Assembly: GCA_900315065.1 (NCBI GenBank)
Contig: OMXQ01000006.1
Location: forward strand, 7,100 to 71,099
Length of the DNA: 64,000 nucleotides
Direction: 5' to 3'
Source of the DNA: an uncultured Erysipelotrichaceae bacterium
GTDB taxonomy: Bacteria > Bacillota_I > Bacilli_A > Erysipelotrichales > Erysipelotrichaceae
Shown in pieces: positions 9,410-17,882 of this stretch. A program made the position numbers and the translations under genes. The number at the start of each line of letters is the position of its first letter. Within the stretch, counting starts at the first letter, position 1. Under the pieces are notes generated by a model. That model searched no databases, was not told where the DNA came from, and was given only the letters and a program-made list of their open reading frames with translations.

Positions 9410-10750
9410 ATGAATTTTCAGGCAGCTTATATACCTGTGGGCGTCGGCACCTTCCATATGGAAAGCGCAGACAAGGCCATGCAGGAAAGCATTGATACAT
9501 TAAAGGCAATTGATCCTGAGGTTGCAGTACCTGAGGAAAAACTGCTGACACTGGATCTTCTGCGGAAATATCTGGCAGGTCTCTCACCGGATCTTCTGGT
9601 CTTTCAGAATCTGACCTTCGCCAACAGCGCATACATGAGTGAAGTCATGCATGCATTCCCGGATGTGCCGTTAGTCATCTGGACTTTGCGGGAGCCGGTC
9701 ATTGACGGCGGCAGACTGCGGCTGAATTCTCTGACAGGTGCCTACAGCGCAGCCAATCTGGTCCGTGCTTTTACGGATCGCAAATTTGTTTATATCTATG
9801 GAGCAGCCACAGAAGAAAAGGTAAAAACAACCCTTGCCCATGCCGTATCTGCTGCCAGACTCAGAAAAGAAATGCAGAGTCTGACCATCAGTGCAGTCGG
9901 TCATACCCCGGAAGGATTCGGCTTCGGCAGAGCCCTGGACCAGGATCTTCTGAAGACATTCGGTGTCCGTCTTTCTTCCATTGAAGCAAGAGAACTGATT
10001 CATACTGCTGAATCCTATTCAGAAGAAGAGATCAGACCATATCTTGAAAAGGCATGCAAGGCAACGGTTGCCCTGGATCAGATTCCGGAAAAGAACCAGC
10101 TTGGCTTTGCGAGATTATATAAAGCCTACAGCGACTATGTCACAAAGAATCACATCGGTGCCCTTGCCTCGAGATGCTGGCCGGATTTCTTTACTTCCTT
10201 CGGTACGCCTGTATGTATGGTACTGGCCATGCTGAATGATATGGGAGTTGCGGCAGCGTGCGAAGCTGATACTTATGGAGCTTTGTCCATGTGGTGCGGC
10301 ATGAAACTGTCACATCAGGCTGTCTTCTTCGGTGATCCGGTAAGTCTTGATGAAGAGAAGAATACCGTGACTTTCTGGCATTGCGGGACGGCTGCCTGCT
10401 CTTTGGCAAGAGAAGATACCGGGGCAAGAGTCGGCGTGCATTGCAACCGCAAGATCGGACCAACGCTTGAATTCGGCACAAAGCCAAGCAAAGATGCAGT
10501 GATCTTCCGCATCGGCAGAAAAGCTGACGGAACTTTCCGCTTCCTGATCGCAAAAGGATCCTGTCTTGATATGCCGCAGCAGTTCTACGGTACTTCCAGC
10601 GTAATTCAACTTCAGACAAGTGCAGAAGACTTTGTCAAAGAAACAGTTCAGGACGGCTGGGAACCTCATTATGTGGTAATCTATGAGGACACAGCTGAAG
10701 AGCTGAAAATGCTGGGGGATATGCTTGGCATTGAAGTAAAAGAATACTAA
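9410..10750 (+). CDS. L-fucose/L-arabinose isomerase family protein (candidate sulfoquinovose isomerase SqvD/SftI)
   Basis: LRLNSLTG, RCWPDFF, ACEADTYGA, FWHCG, WEPHY motifs; cluster context. Confidence 0.8.
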   Translation: MNFQAAYIPVGVGTFHMESADKAMQESIDTLKAIDPEVAVPEEKLLTLDLLRKYLAGLSPDLLVFQNLTFANSAYMSEVMHAFPDVPLVIWTLREPVIDGGRLRLNSLTGAYSAANLVRAFTDRKFVYIYGAATEEKVKTTLAHAVSAARLRKEMQSLTISAVGHTPEGFGFGRALDQDLLKTFGVRLSSIEARELIHTAESYSEEEIRPYLEKACKATVALDQIPEKNQLGFARLYKAYSDYVTKNHIGALASRCWPDFFTSFGTPVCMVLAMLNDMGVAAACEADTYGALSMWCGMKLSHQAVFFGDPVSLDEEKNTVTFWHCGTAACSLAREDTGARVGVHCNRKIGPTLEFGTKPSKDAVIFRIGRKADGTFRFLIAKGSCLDMPQQFYGTSSVIQLQTSAEDFVKETVQDGWEPHYVVIYEDTAEELKMLGDMLGIEVKEY

Positions 10751-10784
10751 ACACAACAACAAAGAAGAAAAGGAGGAGAAGCCT

Positions 10785-11840
10785 ATGCGCAGCGGTATGA
10801 ACATGAGTGCCATGAAGGAAACAAACAGACGTGCGATCCTGCAATGCATTTATGAAGAAGGACCTATGTCGAGAAAAGACCTGGCTGCTGCAACCGGTCT
10901 GACCCAGGCTTCTCTGACCCAGATCAGTTCTGCTTTGATCCAGGAAGGCATCCTGGAAGAAAGCGGGGCAGTTTCCAATCAGAAAGCCGGCAGAAAAAAA
11001 GTTCTGCTGGATATCAATTGTGATTACGGTGTGATTGCAGTTATGAATATCGATCGTGAAAAGACGGTGTTTTCTATATGCAATCTCAAAGGCAATGTCC
11101 TTGATGAAAAGCAGATCCGTACCTTGAAAGCAGAACCGGAAAAATTCCTGCAGAAAGCAGGAGAAGAAATGCTGGCAATGATACAAAATTGTCCTGCAGA
11201 TATTCTGGGCTTAAGCGTCGGTATTGCCGGCAGTGTCAGAGACGGCATCTCCCGGAAAGAAAACGGCATCTGGAGAAAGAATGTCAATGTTGCAGGGATC
11301 CTGACTGCTGCAACAAAACTGGATGTCATCGTTGAAAATAACGTCAGTGCATTTGTCATCGGTGAAAAGCTTTTCGGTACAAAGAAAGCAGAAAACCTCT
11401 TAGCTGTAAAATGGGGACCGGGACTCGGTTCTGCAATCATGATCAAAGACCACCTTTATGAAGGAAAGGAAAGACCGGAACTCGGCCGCTTCCTGGATCA
11501 GAAGGGACAGAGACTGGAAAATAAAGTATCTTTGGAAAGTCTCAGGAAGATTGACGATTTCTCACCGGATACTTTCTATCTTCATTGCACAGAAGAAAAA
11601 TACAGCCCTGTCTTTGATGCTTTGAGTACAGCGGTTGTCAATGCAGCATCTTTGTTAAGACCGGATGCAATCGTAATATACGGGGATCTTTGTCAGGAAG
11701 AAGCAGTCAGTGACTGCCTGATTCATGCCTGCCTGGCAAAGGATGCCGGCACTGGAAAGATCATGTATCATTCCTCTTTGCTTGAAAAAGAAAACTATAT
11801 CGGACCAGCGGCTGTCTATATTGAAAGGCGTCTGTTCTGA
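10785..11840 (+). CDS. ROK family transcriptional regulator
   Basis: N-terminal wHTH (SRKDLAAATGLTQASLTQI), VENNVSAF, GPGLGSAI ROK motifs. Confidence 0.85.
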   Translation: MRSGMNMSAMKETNRRAILQCIYEEGPMSRKDLAAATGLTQASLTQISSALIQEGILEESGAVSNQKAGRKKVLLDINCDYGVIAVMNIDREKTVFSICNLKGNVLDEKQIRTLKAEPEKFLQKAGEEMLAMIQNCPADILGLSVGIAGSVRDGISRKENGIWRKNVNVAGILTAATKLDVIVENNVSAFVIGEKLFGTKKAENLLAVKWGPGLGSAIMIKDHLYEGKERPELGRFLDQKGQRLENKVSLESLRKIDDFSPDTFYLHCTEEKYSPVFDALSTAVVNAASLLRPDAIVIYGDLCQEEAVSDCLIHACLAKDAGTGKIMYHSSLLEKENYIGPAAVYIERRLF

Positions 11841-11880
11841 TCCAGCAGTAAAGACAAAAGGCAAAAAGAAAAAAAGTGAA

Positions 11881-12042
11881 TCAGTCAGCTGTCCTTAAAG
11901 AGGCAGTCTGAACTTTGTTCACTTTTTCTTTTCTGCTTACTGCAATGTATTCTTCGCTCTTGTCATTCTTCATGACTGTTTCATCTGTATCAGTAATACC
12001 GAAACAGAAGGCAGCCAGAGCATTTCTAACAATGTCCTTCAT
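11881..12042 (-). CDS. Small hypothetical protein (53 aa, MKDIVRNALAAFCFGITD...), not in the ORF track
   Basis: Translated by hand; SD GAGGAAG; TTGCAC-16-TATGAT promoter at 12094-12067. Confidence 0.55.
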   Translation of the reverse strand: MKDIVRNALAAFCFGITDTDETVMKNDKSEEYIAVSRKEKVNKVQTASLRTAD

Positions 12043-12107
12043 CTTTTCTTCCTCTTTTCGTCCTTTATCATAGACGCAATTTTCATGTGTGCAAGAGGGA
12101 AAAAATA

Positions 12108-12121
12108 ATCAAGCGCTTACA
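12108..12121 (-). promoter_or_regulatory. Second cre-like site
   Basis: TGTAAGCGCTTGAT on - strand, same core as 3669-3682. Confidence 0.5.
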
Positions 12122-12130
12122 TTGCGACAA

Positions 12131-12151
12131 TTAATTAAAATTGTTAATTAA
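12131..12151. promoter_or_regulatory. Second TTAATTAA-N5-TTAATTAA operator box
   Basis: TTAATTAA-AATTG-TTAATTAA; same geometry as 2629-2649. Confidence 0.6.
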
Positions 12152-12181
12152 TATTGAATCAAGGTCAGTAAATTCATCTCA

Positions 12182-12266
12182 TTCTTAGTCTTTTTCTTAG
12201 TCATTTCGTTTCTTTCTTGGTCATTTTATAAAAAATGACTAAGAAAGGCTGAAGATGACAAAGAAA
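12182..12266. repeat. Dyad array of TTTCTTDGTCAT boxes
   Basis: Forward boxes 12193-12204 and 12213-12224, inverted boxes 12235-12246 and 12255-12266, partial box 12182-12190. Confidence 0.8.
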
Positions 12267-12372
12267 GAAAATTACACATTCCGCATCAGAATAAGTAAAA
12301 TGATGATGCGAAAGCGAACCGATTAAGGAATGTCATATTCCCCATTCGACGATAATTATTGGAGAAACAGAA

Positions 12373-12555
12373 ATGCATAAACTTACTGATAAACAATATG
12401 AAGAGTATCAACGTCTGTGCTATGCCCGGGACCACGGAAGATTATTGACACCGGATGGACTGCGGTTTATCTGCGAAGCCTGTGAGTATGATCCTGAAAA
12501 AATAGGAAAACATTTTCTGGAAGTGCTGCCAAAGATACTCTGTGAAGATAAATAA
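12373..12555 (+). CDS. Small conserved-looking hypothetical protein (60 aa)
   Basis: GGAG SD; MHKLTDKQYEEYQRLCYARDHGRLLTPDGLRFIC reads as a real protein. Confidence 0.6.
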   Translation: MHKLTDKQYEEYQRLCYARDHGRLLTPDGLRFICEACEYDPEKIGKHFLEVLPKILCEDK

Positions 12556-12621
12556 GAAGCAGATGACTTATACATTGGCGGATGAATGCCTGAGAGGATT
12601 GGAAAAATTCAGTCTTCTCTT

Positions 12622-13962
12622 TTATTTATTCTGCTGTTTTTCTTCAGCCCGTTTTCTGGCTTTCCATTCTTCAATCTGACGTTTTCTTTCAGCTACTCTT
12701 TTTTCAACACCCTGATCAGAAGGGTTGTAGTATTTCTTGCCTTCCAGTTTACCCGGCAGACATTGAAGGGTAGTCAGGTGTTCCTTGAAGTCATGGGCAT
12801 ATTGGTAGTTTTTTCCATAGCCGAGTTCTTCCATGAGCTTTGTCGGTGCATTTCTGATCTGCAGCGGTACCGGCTCGCTTAAAGTATTGCGGGCATCTTT
12901 GGCAGCTGCTTCATAAGCCATGTAGAGAGAATTGGATTTCGGTGCCAGGGAACAAAAGACAACTGCATGGGTCAGATGAACAGAACATTCCGGCATGCCG
13001 AGAAACTGGCAGGCCTGATAAGCTGCGATTGCGATCTGAAGAGCACGGCTGTCAGCCATGCCGATATCTTCAGAAGCAAAGCGGACAATGCGTCTGGCAA
13101 TATAGAGAGGGTCTTCGCCGCCTTCCAGCATTCTTGCCAGCCAGTATACTGCCGCATCTGCATCCGAGTTTCTCATAGATTTATGGAGGGCACTGATGAG
13201 GTTGTAGTGTTCTTCCCCGTTCTTGTCATACAGCAGCATCTTGCCGCTGATGCACTGCTTTACAATTTCTTTTGTTACTTTGGAAGCAATGCTGGAAGTC
13301 TGACCGGACAAGACAGCTAATTCCAGAGTATTCAATGCTGTTCTTGCGTCTCCGTTTGCATATTCAGCGATCAGATGCAGGGAGGCATCATCAATTGCCA
13401 CGTCCATGTTTGCAAAGCCTCTCTGGTCTTTCAAGGTTCTTTTAAGAAGGTCATAGAGGTCTTCTGTATCCAATGGTTCCAGGGTAAAGACCTTGCATCT
13501 GGAAAGCAGAGCGTTGTTGATCTCGAAAGAAGGGTTCTCCGTAGTAGCACCGATGAGCGTAATCGATCCTCTTTCTACATAAGGCAGAAAGGCATCCTGC
13601 TGGGCTTTGTTGAAACGGTGGATTTCATCAATGAAGACAATGGTCTTCTGACCCATTTCACGGGCAGATTCGGCCTTGTTCATGACTTCCTTGATTTCTT
13701 TGATACCGCTGGTAACGGCAGAGAAAGTGATGAATTCAGCTTTGGTATAACGGGCTATGAGACGGGCAAGAGTGGTCTTGCCGACCCCCGGCGGACCCCA
13801 GAAAATCATGGACTGGACTTCATCGCGTTCAATCATAGTACGGATGATTCTGCCTTCGCCAAGCAGGTGTTTCTGCCCGATATATTCATCCAGTGTCATC
13901 GGCCGCATGCGGTCTGCCAATGGTGTATCAGCTTCATTATGGAATAGAGATGTCTGCTTCAT
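12622..13962 (-). CDS. rarA: Replication-associated recombination protein A (RarA/MgsA)
   Basis: [59 protein letters not shown]. Confidence 0.95.
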   Translation of the reverse strand: MKQTSLFHNEADTPLADRMRPMTLDEYIGQKHLLGEGRIIRTMIERDEVQSMIFWGPPGVGKTTLARLIARYTKAEFITFSAVTSGIKEIKEVMNKAESAREMGQKTIVFIDEIHRFNKAQQDAFLPYVERGSITLIGATTENPSFEINNALLSRCKVFTLEPLDTEDLYDLLKRTLKDQRGFANMDVAIDDASLHLIAEYANGDARTALNTLELAVLSGQTSSIASKVTKEIVKQCISGKMLLYDKNGEEHYNLISALHKSMRNSDADAAVYWLARMLEGGEDPLYIARRIVRFASEDIGMADSRALQIAIAAYQACQFLGMPECSVHLTHAVVFCSLAPKSNSLYMAYEAAAKDARNTLSEPVPLQIRNAPTKLMEELGYGKNYQYAHDFKEHLTTLQCLPGKLEGKKYYNPSDQGVEKRVAERKRQIEEWKARKRAEEKQQNK

Positions 13963-14068
13963 AGTTGATTTCTCCTGCTTTCATTATAGTGGAATTTACC
14001 CTGTCGTTTTGAAAAAAAAGGTTGCACGGAACATACCCGCTATGATAATATATTCGAGCACCATTGAT

Positions 14069-14145
14069 GGCAAGTTGGTGAAGCGGCTTAACACACCGCC
14101 CTTTCACGGCGGCACTCACGGGTTCGAATCCCGTACTTGTCACCA
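14069..14145 (+). tRNA. tRNA-Glu (TTC)
   Basis: Cloverleaf; anticodon arm CCGCC-CT-TTC-AC-GGCGG; GGTTCGAATCC T-arm; encoded CCA. Confidence 0.95.
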
Positions 14146-14152
14146 TTTTATT

Positions 14153-14226
14153 AGGGGTATCGTACAATGGTAGTACATCGGTCTCCAAAACCGCTGATGG
14201 GAGTTCGATTCTCTCTACCCCTGCCA
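14153..14226 (+). tRNA. tRNA-Trp (CCA); prophage integration target
   Basis: AGGGGTA acceptor stem, TCGGT-CT-CCA-AA-ACCGC anticodon arm, encoded CCA. Confidence 0.93.
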
Positions 14227-14227
14227 T
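14219..14227 (+). repeat. att core CCCTGCCAT (left junction, tRNA-Trp 3' end)
   Basis: Identical 9-mer at 48447-48455; joining the two restores a longer integrase ORF followed by a terminator. Confidence 0.8.
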
Positions 14228-14326
14228 GTGAACCGAAAACGAACTCCATATATGGCGTTCCGGTATATATAGGTGCCGGCATAGTCTCGATCGTGAAATA
14301 TTTCGATCGCGCCAGAACCGCAAATT

Positions 14327-14347
14327 AAGCCCGTACGCGGGCTTTTT
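14327..14347 (+). terminator. Intrinsic terminator (integrase terminator in the circular phage; tRNA terminator in the lysogen)
   Basis: AAGCCCG-TACG-CGGGCTT-TTT. Confidence 0.8.
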
Positions 14348-14423
14348 AATTTATATGGGCAATTCTCCGTCCGGCGTGAATATCAAGCGCTGCCGCTGAA
14401 ATCTGCCGGCACTATGGCCGCAA

Positions 14424-14458
14424 AATAAAAAAAGCCGGCAAGCTGATTACCTGCCGGC
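14424..14458 (-). terminator. Terminator of the late/lysis operon
   Basis: GCCGGCA...TGCCGGC hairpin with an A tract on its left (U tract on the - strand). Confidence 0.65.
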
Positions 14459-14462
14459 GTTC

Positions 14463-14762
14463 TTATACTGCTGTTTTCTTTGCCATGATTTCATCGTGGA
14501 TCTTGTCACCGGTATGGTTGAACCCTAAACCGTGATAAGCCTGCCACAAGCTGTCCATTTCTTCCTGTGTCCGGACTGGTACTTCCTCAGCATCACGATA
14601 CTGATCATAAATTTGAAACATATCGTTGCGGAGAAGTGCACCGAGCGCGTCGTGCTCTGCTTTGTTTGCCGTTTTTACCTGTCTCAGCCTTGCAGCAAAG
14701 TAGCCGAGTAGTGCCGATACGACCGTGGACCATATCGGTGAGAGTAACTGCCAAAAGTTCAT
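14463..14762 (-). CDS. Lysis-cassette membrane protein (one N-terminal TM, LLRND...YHGLGFNH motif)
   Basis: 99 aa; directly downstream of the holin. Confidence 0.6.
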   Translation of the reverse strand: MNFWQLLSPIWSTVVSALLGYFAARLRQVKTANKAEHDALGALLRNDMFQIYDQYRDAEEVPVRTQEEMDSLWQAYHGLGFNHTGDKIHDEIMAKKTAV

Positions 14763-14998
14763 TATTCAGCACCACCGTTCCCGTCGTACTGTTCCTTTTT
14801 TGCTTCCTCGTAGGCTTTCACGCTCATGCCGATGCATGTTGCCACGAATCCGCCAAGGGCACCGCAGATCGTCGTCGCGACTGCAGTATGCTGCCAATTT
14901 ACTGCGATCCCAACGACACCGATAAAGGTTGTCAGGCCGGGAATAAAATAAATGGCCAGCCATTTAAGAAAATCATAAACTTTGTTCGATAACTTCAT
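14762..14998 (-). CDS. Holin, Dp-1 family
   Basis: MKLSNKVYDFLKWLA start, two TM helices, charged C-terminus. Confidence 0.85.
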   Translation of the reverse strand: MKLSNKVYDFLKWLAIYFIPGLTTFIGVVGIAVNWQHTAVATTICGALGGFVATCIGMSVKAYEEAKKEQYDGNGGAE

Positions 14999-15008
14999 AA
15001 GTATGTCC

Positions 15009-15956
15009 TCATGCTTTCTTGATATCTTTCAAATACATTTCAGCCCAGGTAATCCTTTTCCCTGAACGCTCCGCCTGCAGAACAGCTTTATCTCCATTGA
15101 TTTCGGAAATATAGTAAACATTATCGTACTGCGTCAGTCTCACGCCTGAAGTGTTTACCAGATTCACCGGCACCACCTGATCGCCAACTTTGAATGATTC
15201 TGCAGATGATCCGTTCGACGCGGTTGTAACGTAAACGTCATAGCCTGCAGCTTTCAGGATAGCGGCAGTATTGTTCGCATTGCTTTTGATCTTAAACGCG
15301 CCGGTCTGCACTTTCCAAAGCCCGCCGACATTTACCAGATAAGTGCTGTATCCGTCAGCCTTCAGTTTCTTTTCAAGTGCCTGGGCGTTTGCTTTTTCTT
15401 TGAAGGCTCCAACCTGAACGCGGTAAAGAACATCTGCAGCCGGCGTATCTGATCCAGCCAGTTTCTTATTTACCTGCTCAACAATGTACGGAAATTTTGC
15501 TCCGAGATAAGGGCCCGGGCACGCTGTTGACGCATACCACTTATGCATATGCAGGTTGGATCCGGCCTTTGTTCCGTCGAAATACAGCTTTTTGATTCCG
15601 TTTCTCTTGCAGATATCTGTCACCAGCTCAATGAGCCGGCGCATGACATAATCGGATACCGGCCAACTTCCGCCGTTTTCGCTGTTTGATACTTCGATCG
15701 TGATTGCGCGCTTGTCAATTTCCCAGCTTGATGTTGTCCACGGTCTCATGCTTTCATCGACATACTGGCCGATCCGGCCGTCCGATCCGATACCGTAAGT
15801 GCACGATCCTGTGCGTCTCAGCAATACATTTCCGAGTGTTTCCAGGCTCAGAACTCCGGCGCAGTGATGGATAACAATACGATCGATCTTGTTACCCTGG
15901 CGGCTGCTGCAGTTTCCGATCAGCCGCCTGTACTGTACTAATGAACTGTTACTCAT
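15009..15956 (-). CDS. Endolysin: Amidase_2 domain, two SPOR repeats, C-terminal SH3-like segment
   Basis: IDRIVIHHCAG, AITIEVSN, HKWYASTACPG; YRVQVGAF and WKVQTGAF SPOR repeats; start placed at MSNSSLV. Confidence 0.88.
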   Translation of the reverse strand: MSNSSLVQYRRLIGNCSSRQGNKIDRIVIHHCAGVLSLETLGNVLLRRTGSCTYGIGSDGRIGQYVDESMRPWTTSSWEIDKRAITIEVSNSENGGSWPVSDYVMRRLIELVTDICKRNGIKKLYFDGTKAGSNLHMHKWYASTACPGPYLGAKFPYIVEQVNKKLAGSDTPAADVLYRVQVGAFKEKANAQALEKKLKADGYSTYLVNVGGLWKVQTGAFKIKSNANNTAAILKAAGYDVYVTTASNGSSAESFKVGDQVVPVNLVNTSGVRLTQYDNVYYISEINGDKAVLQAERSGKRITWAEMYLKDIKKA

Positions 15957-16028
15957 GGTCTGGTTCGTCGTCTCCTCTCCCGTTTTCAAATTCTTCGTAA
16001 TCTTCAAAATCTTCTAATTCATCCGGCA

Positions 16029-16250
16029 TCATATGTTCTTCTCCTTTCTGCCTGCAGATAAAAAGCCGGGACTTTCGCTCCGGCTTTCAATCTCATTTAT
16101 TCTGTTTTCGTATTCATCGATGGCTCTGAATTGTGCCAGTTCCAGCATCATTTGCTGATTCAGCTGCAAAAGCTCTGCCGATAAGTCTGCATAAAACGCC
16201 GCAATCGTTATCCAATAGCTATTCGCCTGTTTCTTCGGATTCCGGATCAT
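16029..16250 (-). CDS. Small coiled-coil hypothetical phage protein (start uncertain)
   Basis: LLQLNQQMMLELAQFRAIDEYENRINEIE fills the gap between XkdX-like gene and endolysin. Confidence 0.4.
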   Translation of the reverse strand: MIRNPKKQANSYWITIAAFYADLSAELLQLNQQMMLELAQFRAIDEYENRINEIESRSESPGFLSAGRKEKNI

Positions 16251-16377
16251 TGTACGGCTTGCCTGTGATTTCTTCGTACTGTTCCGGTGTGATCCATGCG
16301 TTAGGTTCTACTGCGGCGCGTAATGATTCGTCATTCAGCCGGCCAGCGTTGTAAAGTCTTTTCAATCTTTCAAACAT
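16219..16377 (-). CDS. XkdX family protein (52 aa), not in the ORF track
   Basis: MFERLKRLYNAGRL...WITPEQYEEITGKPY translated by hand; TGATG coupling with upstream gene. Confidence 0.8.
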   Translation of the reverse strand: MFERLKRLYNAGRLNDESLRAAVEPNAWITPEQYEEITGKPYNDPESEETGE

Positions 16378-16646
16378 CAGAATAACCCTCCCATAAGAAT
16401 TGATACGGTCAAGTCGTCGATTGCTTCGTTCATTTCGGCCATTTCAGCTTTGTGCTGCAGCTGGTACTCCGTGATTGTGATTTCCCGGCTTTCGCATACC
16501 CATTCGGTATATGCTTCCGTGCCGGCGTCTTCATCAGCGTCGTGTACCACCGACCGGATATTCCGGCGCTGAATTAAAAAGCCGTCCGCGATCGCTTCGA
16601 CCTCAGCCGGCTGCTGTGAGCAGTGTTCCTCTTTCCATTCTGTCAT
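16377..16646 (-). CDS. Small tail-associated protein (XkdW-like position), 89 aa
   Basis: MTEWKEEHCSQ...AIDDLTVSILMGGLF; precedes XkdX; start overlaps the RT 3' end. Confidence 0.6.
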   Translation of the reverse strand: MTEWKEEHCSQQPAEVEAIADGFLIQRRNIRSVVHDADEDAGTEAYTEWVCESREITITEYQLQHKAEMAEMNEAIDDLTVSILMGGLF

Positions 16647-17757
16647 GCTGTTTATTTTCCTTTCTGTCCAGCCGTGAAACAAGCTGTTTCAAACGTTTCA
16701 CGTTTATGAATGGCTTTATATGCTGCAGATAACATGCGTACGAATCGGTGTATGTAAACCAGCCCATGTACGAAATCATAGCCTGCGCATGTCTCTTGAA
16801 TATCCGGCCGCCGGATTCTTTCCTGCGGCGGATCCGCTTTGCCATCCGTGTTGCTTTTAACATGATCCGCTTTCGGATCGTTACTGTAAAACGCCAGAAA
16901 ATGAAGCCCATAAAATCAAGGGGCTGTCCTTTTTCTTTATAAATGAATTTATTCACCTGGTAATTGTTTTTTAGCTTTAAGCGGAAGCGTCGCCCGATCA
17001 GCTTTTTGATTTCAACGATCAGGGCATGCAGCTTTCGCTTGTTTGGTCCGAATATCACAATGTCGTCCATATACCGCAGATAAATATCAAAACCGGATTC
17101 CGTTATAAACCGGTCCAGCGGTTCCAGCAGGTAATTGGCCAGCCATTGCGACAGGTAAAAGCCCAGAACTAAGCCGCGCCGGAAGCCTTCGTAGCATTTC
17201 CGGATGATATACAGAAACCAGTCGTCTTTTATCCGGGTCGCCAATTCCCTGATCATGATATCCATCCGGATACTATCAAAAAAGTGCCGGATATCCAGCT
17301 TGGCGAAATACTTAATGTTTTTACCTTTAGCAATCATCCGGCGCAGCTGGCGCATGCCATAGTGCGCGCCTTTCTTCGGCAGCGATCCGCAGGAAAACGG
17401 ATATGCTGTCCGTTCAATGATCGGCTGCAGAACAATAGCGATAATATGATGCAGCCATTGTTCGTGGATCTCCGGTTTGTACGTTGTGCGCCACTTTCCG
17501 TGTTCGTAGCGTCGTACCGCTTTATGTTTTGGCGGCGTGAATGCTTTTTCCGGTTCCGGCACTTCGCATGGCCTGGTATTGTAAATCATTTCCCGCATTG
17601 CCTGGCGTTCTTCTTCGTAATTCAGTTCTATATTGATAATCTCTGGCCTGTTGGTTTTATGCCGGCGCAGATTCTTAAAAGCCAGATCAATGACATCATT
17701 GTCCAGCATTCTGCGCCATAAATATTTGTATTGTTTGTTGCTTTGGTTCATTTTCAT
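16603..17757 (-). CDS. DGR reverse transcriptase
   Basis: YFAKLDIRHFFDSI, GLVLGFYLSQWLANY (DGR-type SQ motif), LRYMDDIVIF, LDFMGF; adjacent TR/VR pair. Confidence 0.95.
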   Translation of the reverse strand: MKMNQSNKQYKYLWRRMLDNDVIDLAFKNLRRHKTNRPEIINIELNYEEERQAMREMIYNTRPCEVPEPEKAFTPPKHKAVRRYEHGKWRTTYKPEIHEQWLHHIIAIVLQPIIERTAYPFSCGSLPKKGAHYGMRQLRRMIAKGKNIKYFAKLDIRHFFDSIRMDIMIRELATRIKDDWFLYIIRKCYEGFRRGLVLGFYLSQWLANYLLEPLDRFITESGFDIYLRYMDDIVIFGPNKRKLHALIVEIKKLIGRRFRLKLKNNYQVNKFIYKEKGQPLDFMGFIFWRFTVTIRKRIMLKATRMAKRIRRRKESGGRIFKRHAQAMISYMGWFTYTDSYACYLQHIKPFINVKRLKQLVSRLDRKENKQHDRMERGTLLTAAG

Positions 17758-17882
17758 ACAGTGATTTCTTTCTATCCTCTACCGGAGCGCAGGTGCGACC
17801 GCTTTACGTCCGGCCCTGTATCGAGTTTATTTCCACTCATCTTTCCAATAATGGCGAGTAAACGGCGTTTCAGCCGTCAGTG

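Noticed and set aside
13937-14323. 128-aa ORF and the similar ORFs 13757-14173 and 48455-48652
   Set aside because: They overlap tRNA genes; the shared peptide between two of them only reflects the duplicated tRNA-Glu.
16377-16646. 89-aa ORF next to RT as Avd
   Set aside because: Too short, acidic and beta-like at the N-terminus, coupled to XkdX like tail chaperones, and downstream of RT rather than upstream of TR.
16603-17757. RT as group II intron, retron or Abi RT
   Set aside because: No maturase/endonuclease domain or intron boundaries; DGR-type SQ motif; adjacent TR/VR pair with strictly adenine-specific differences.
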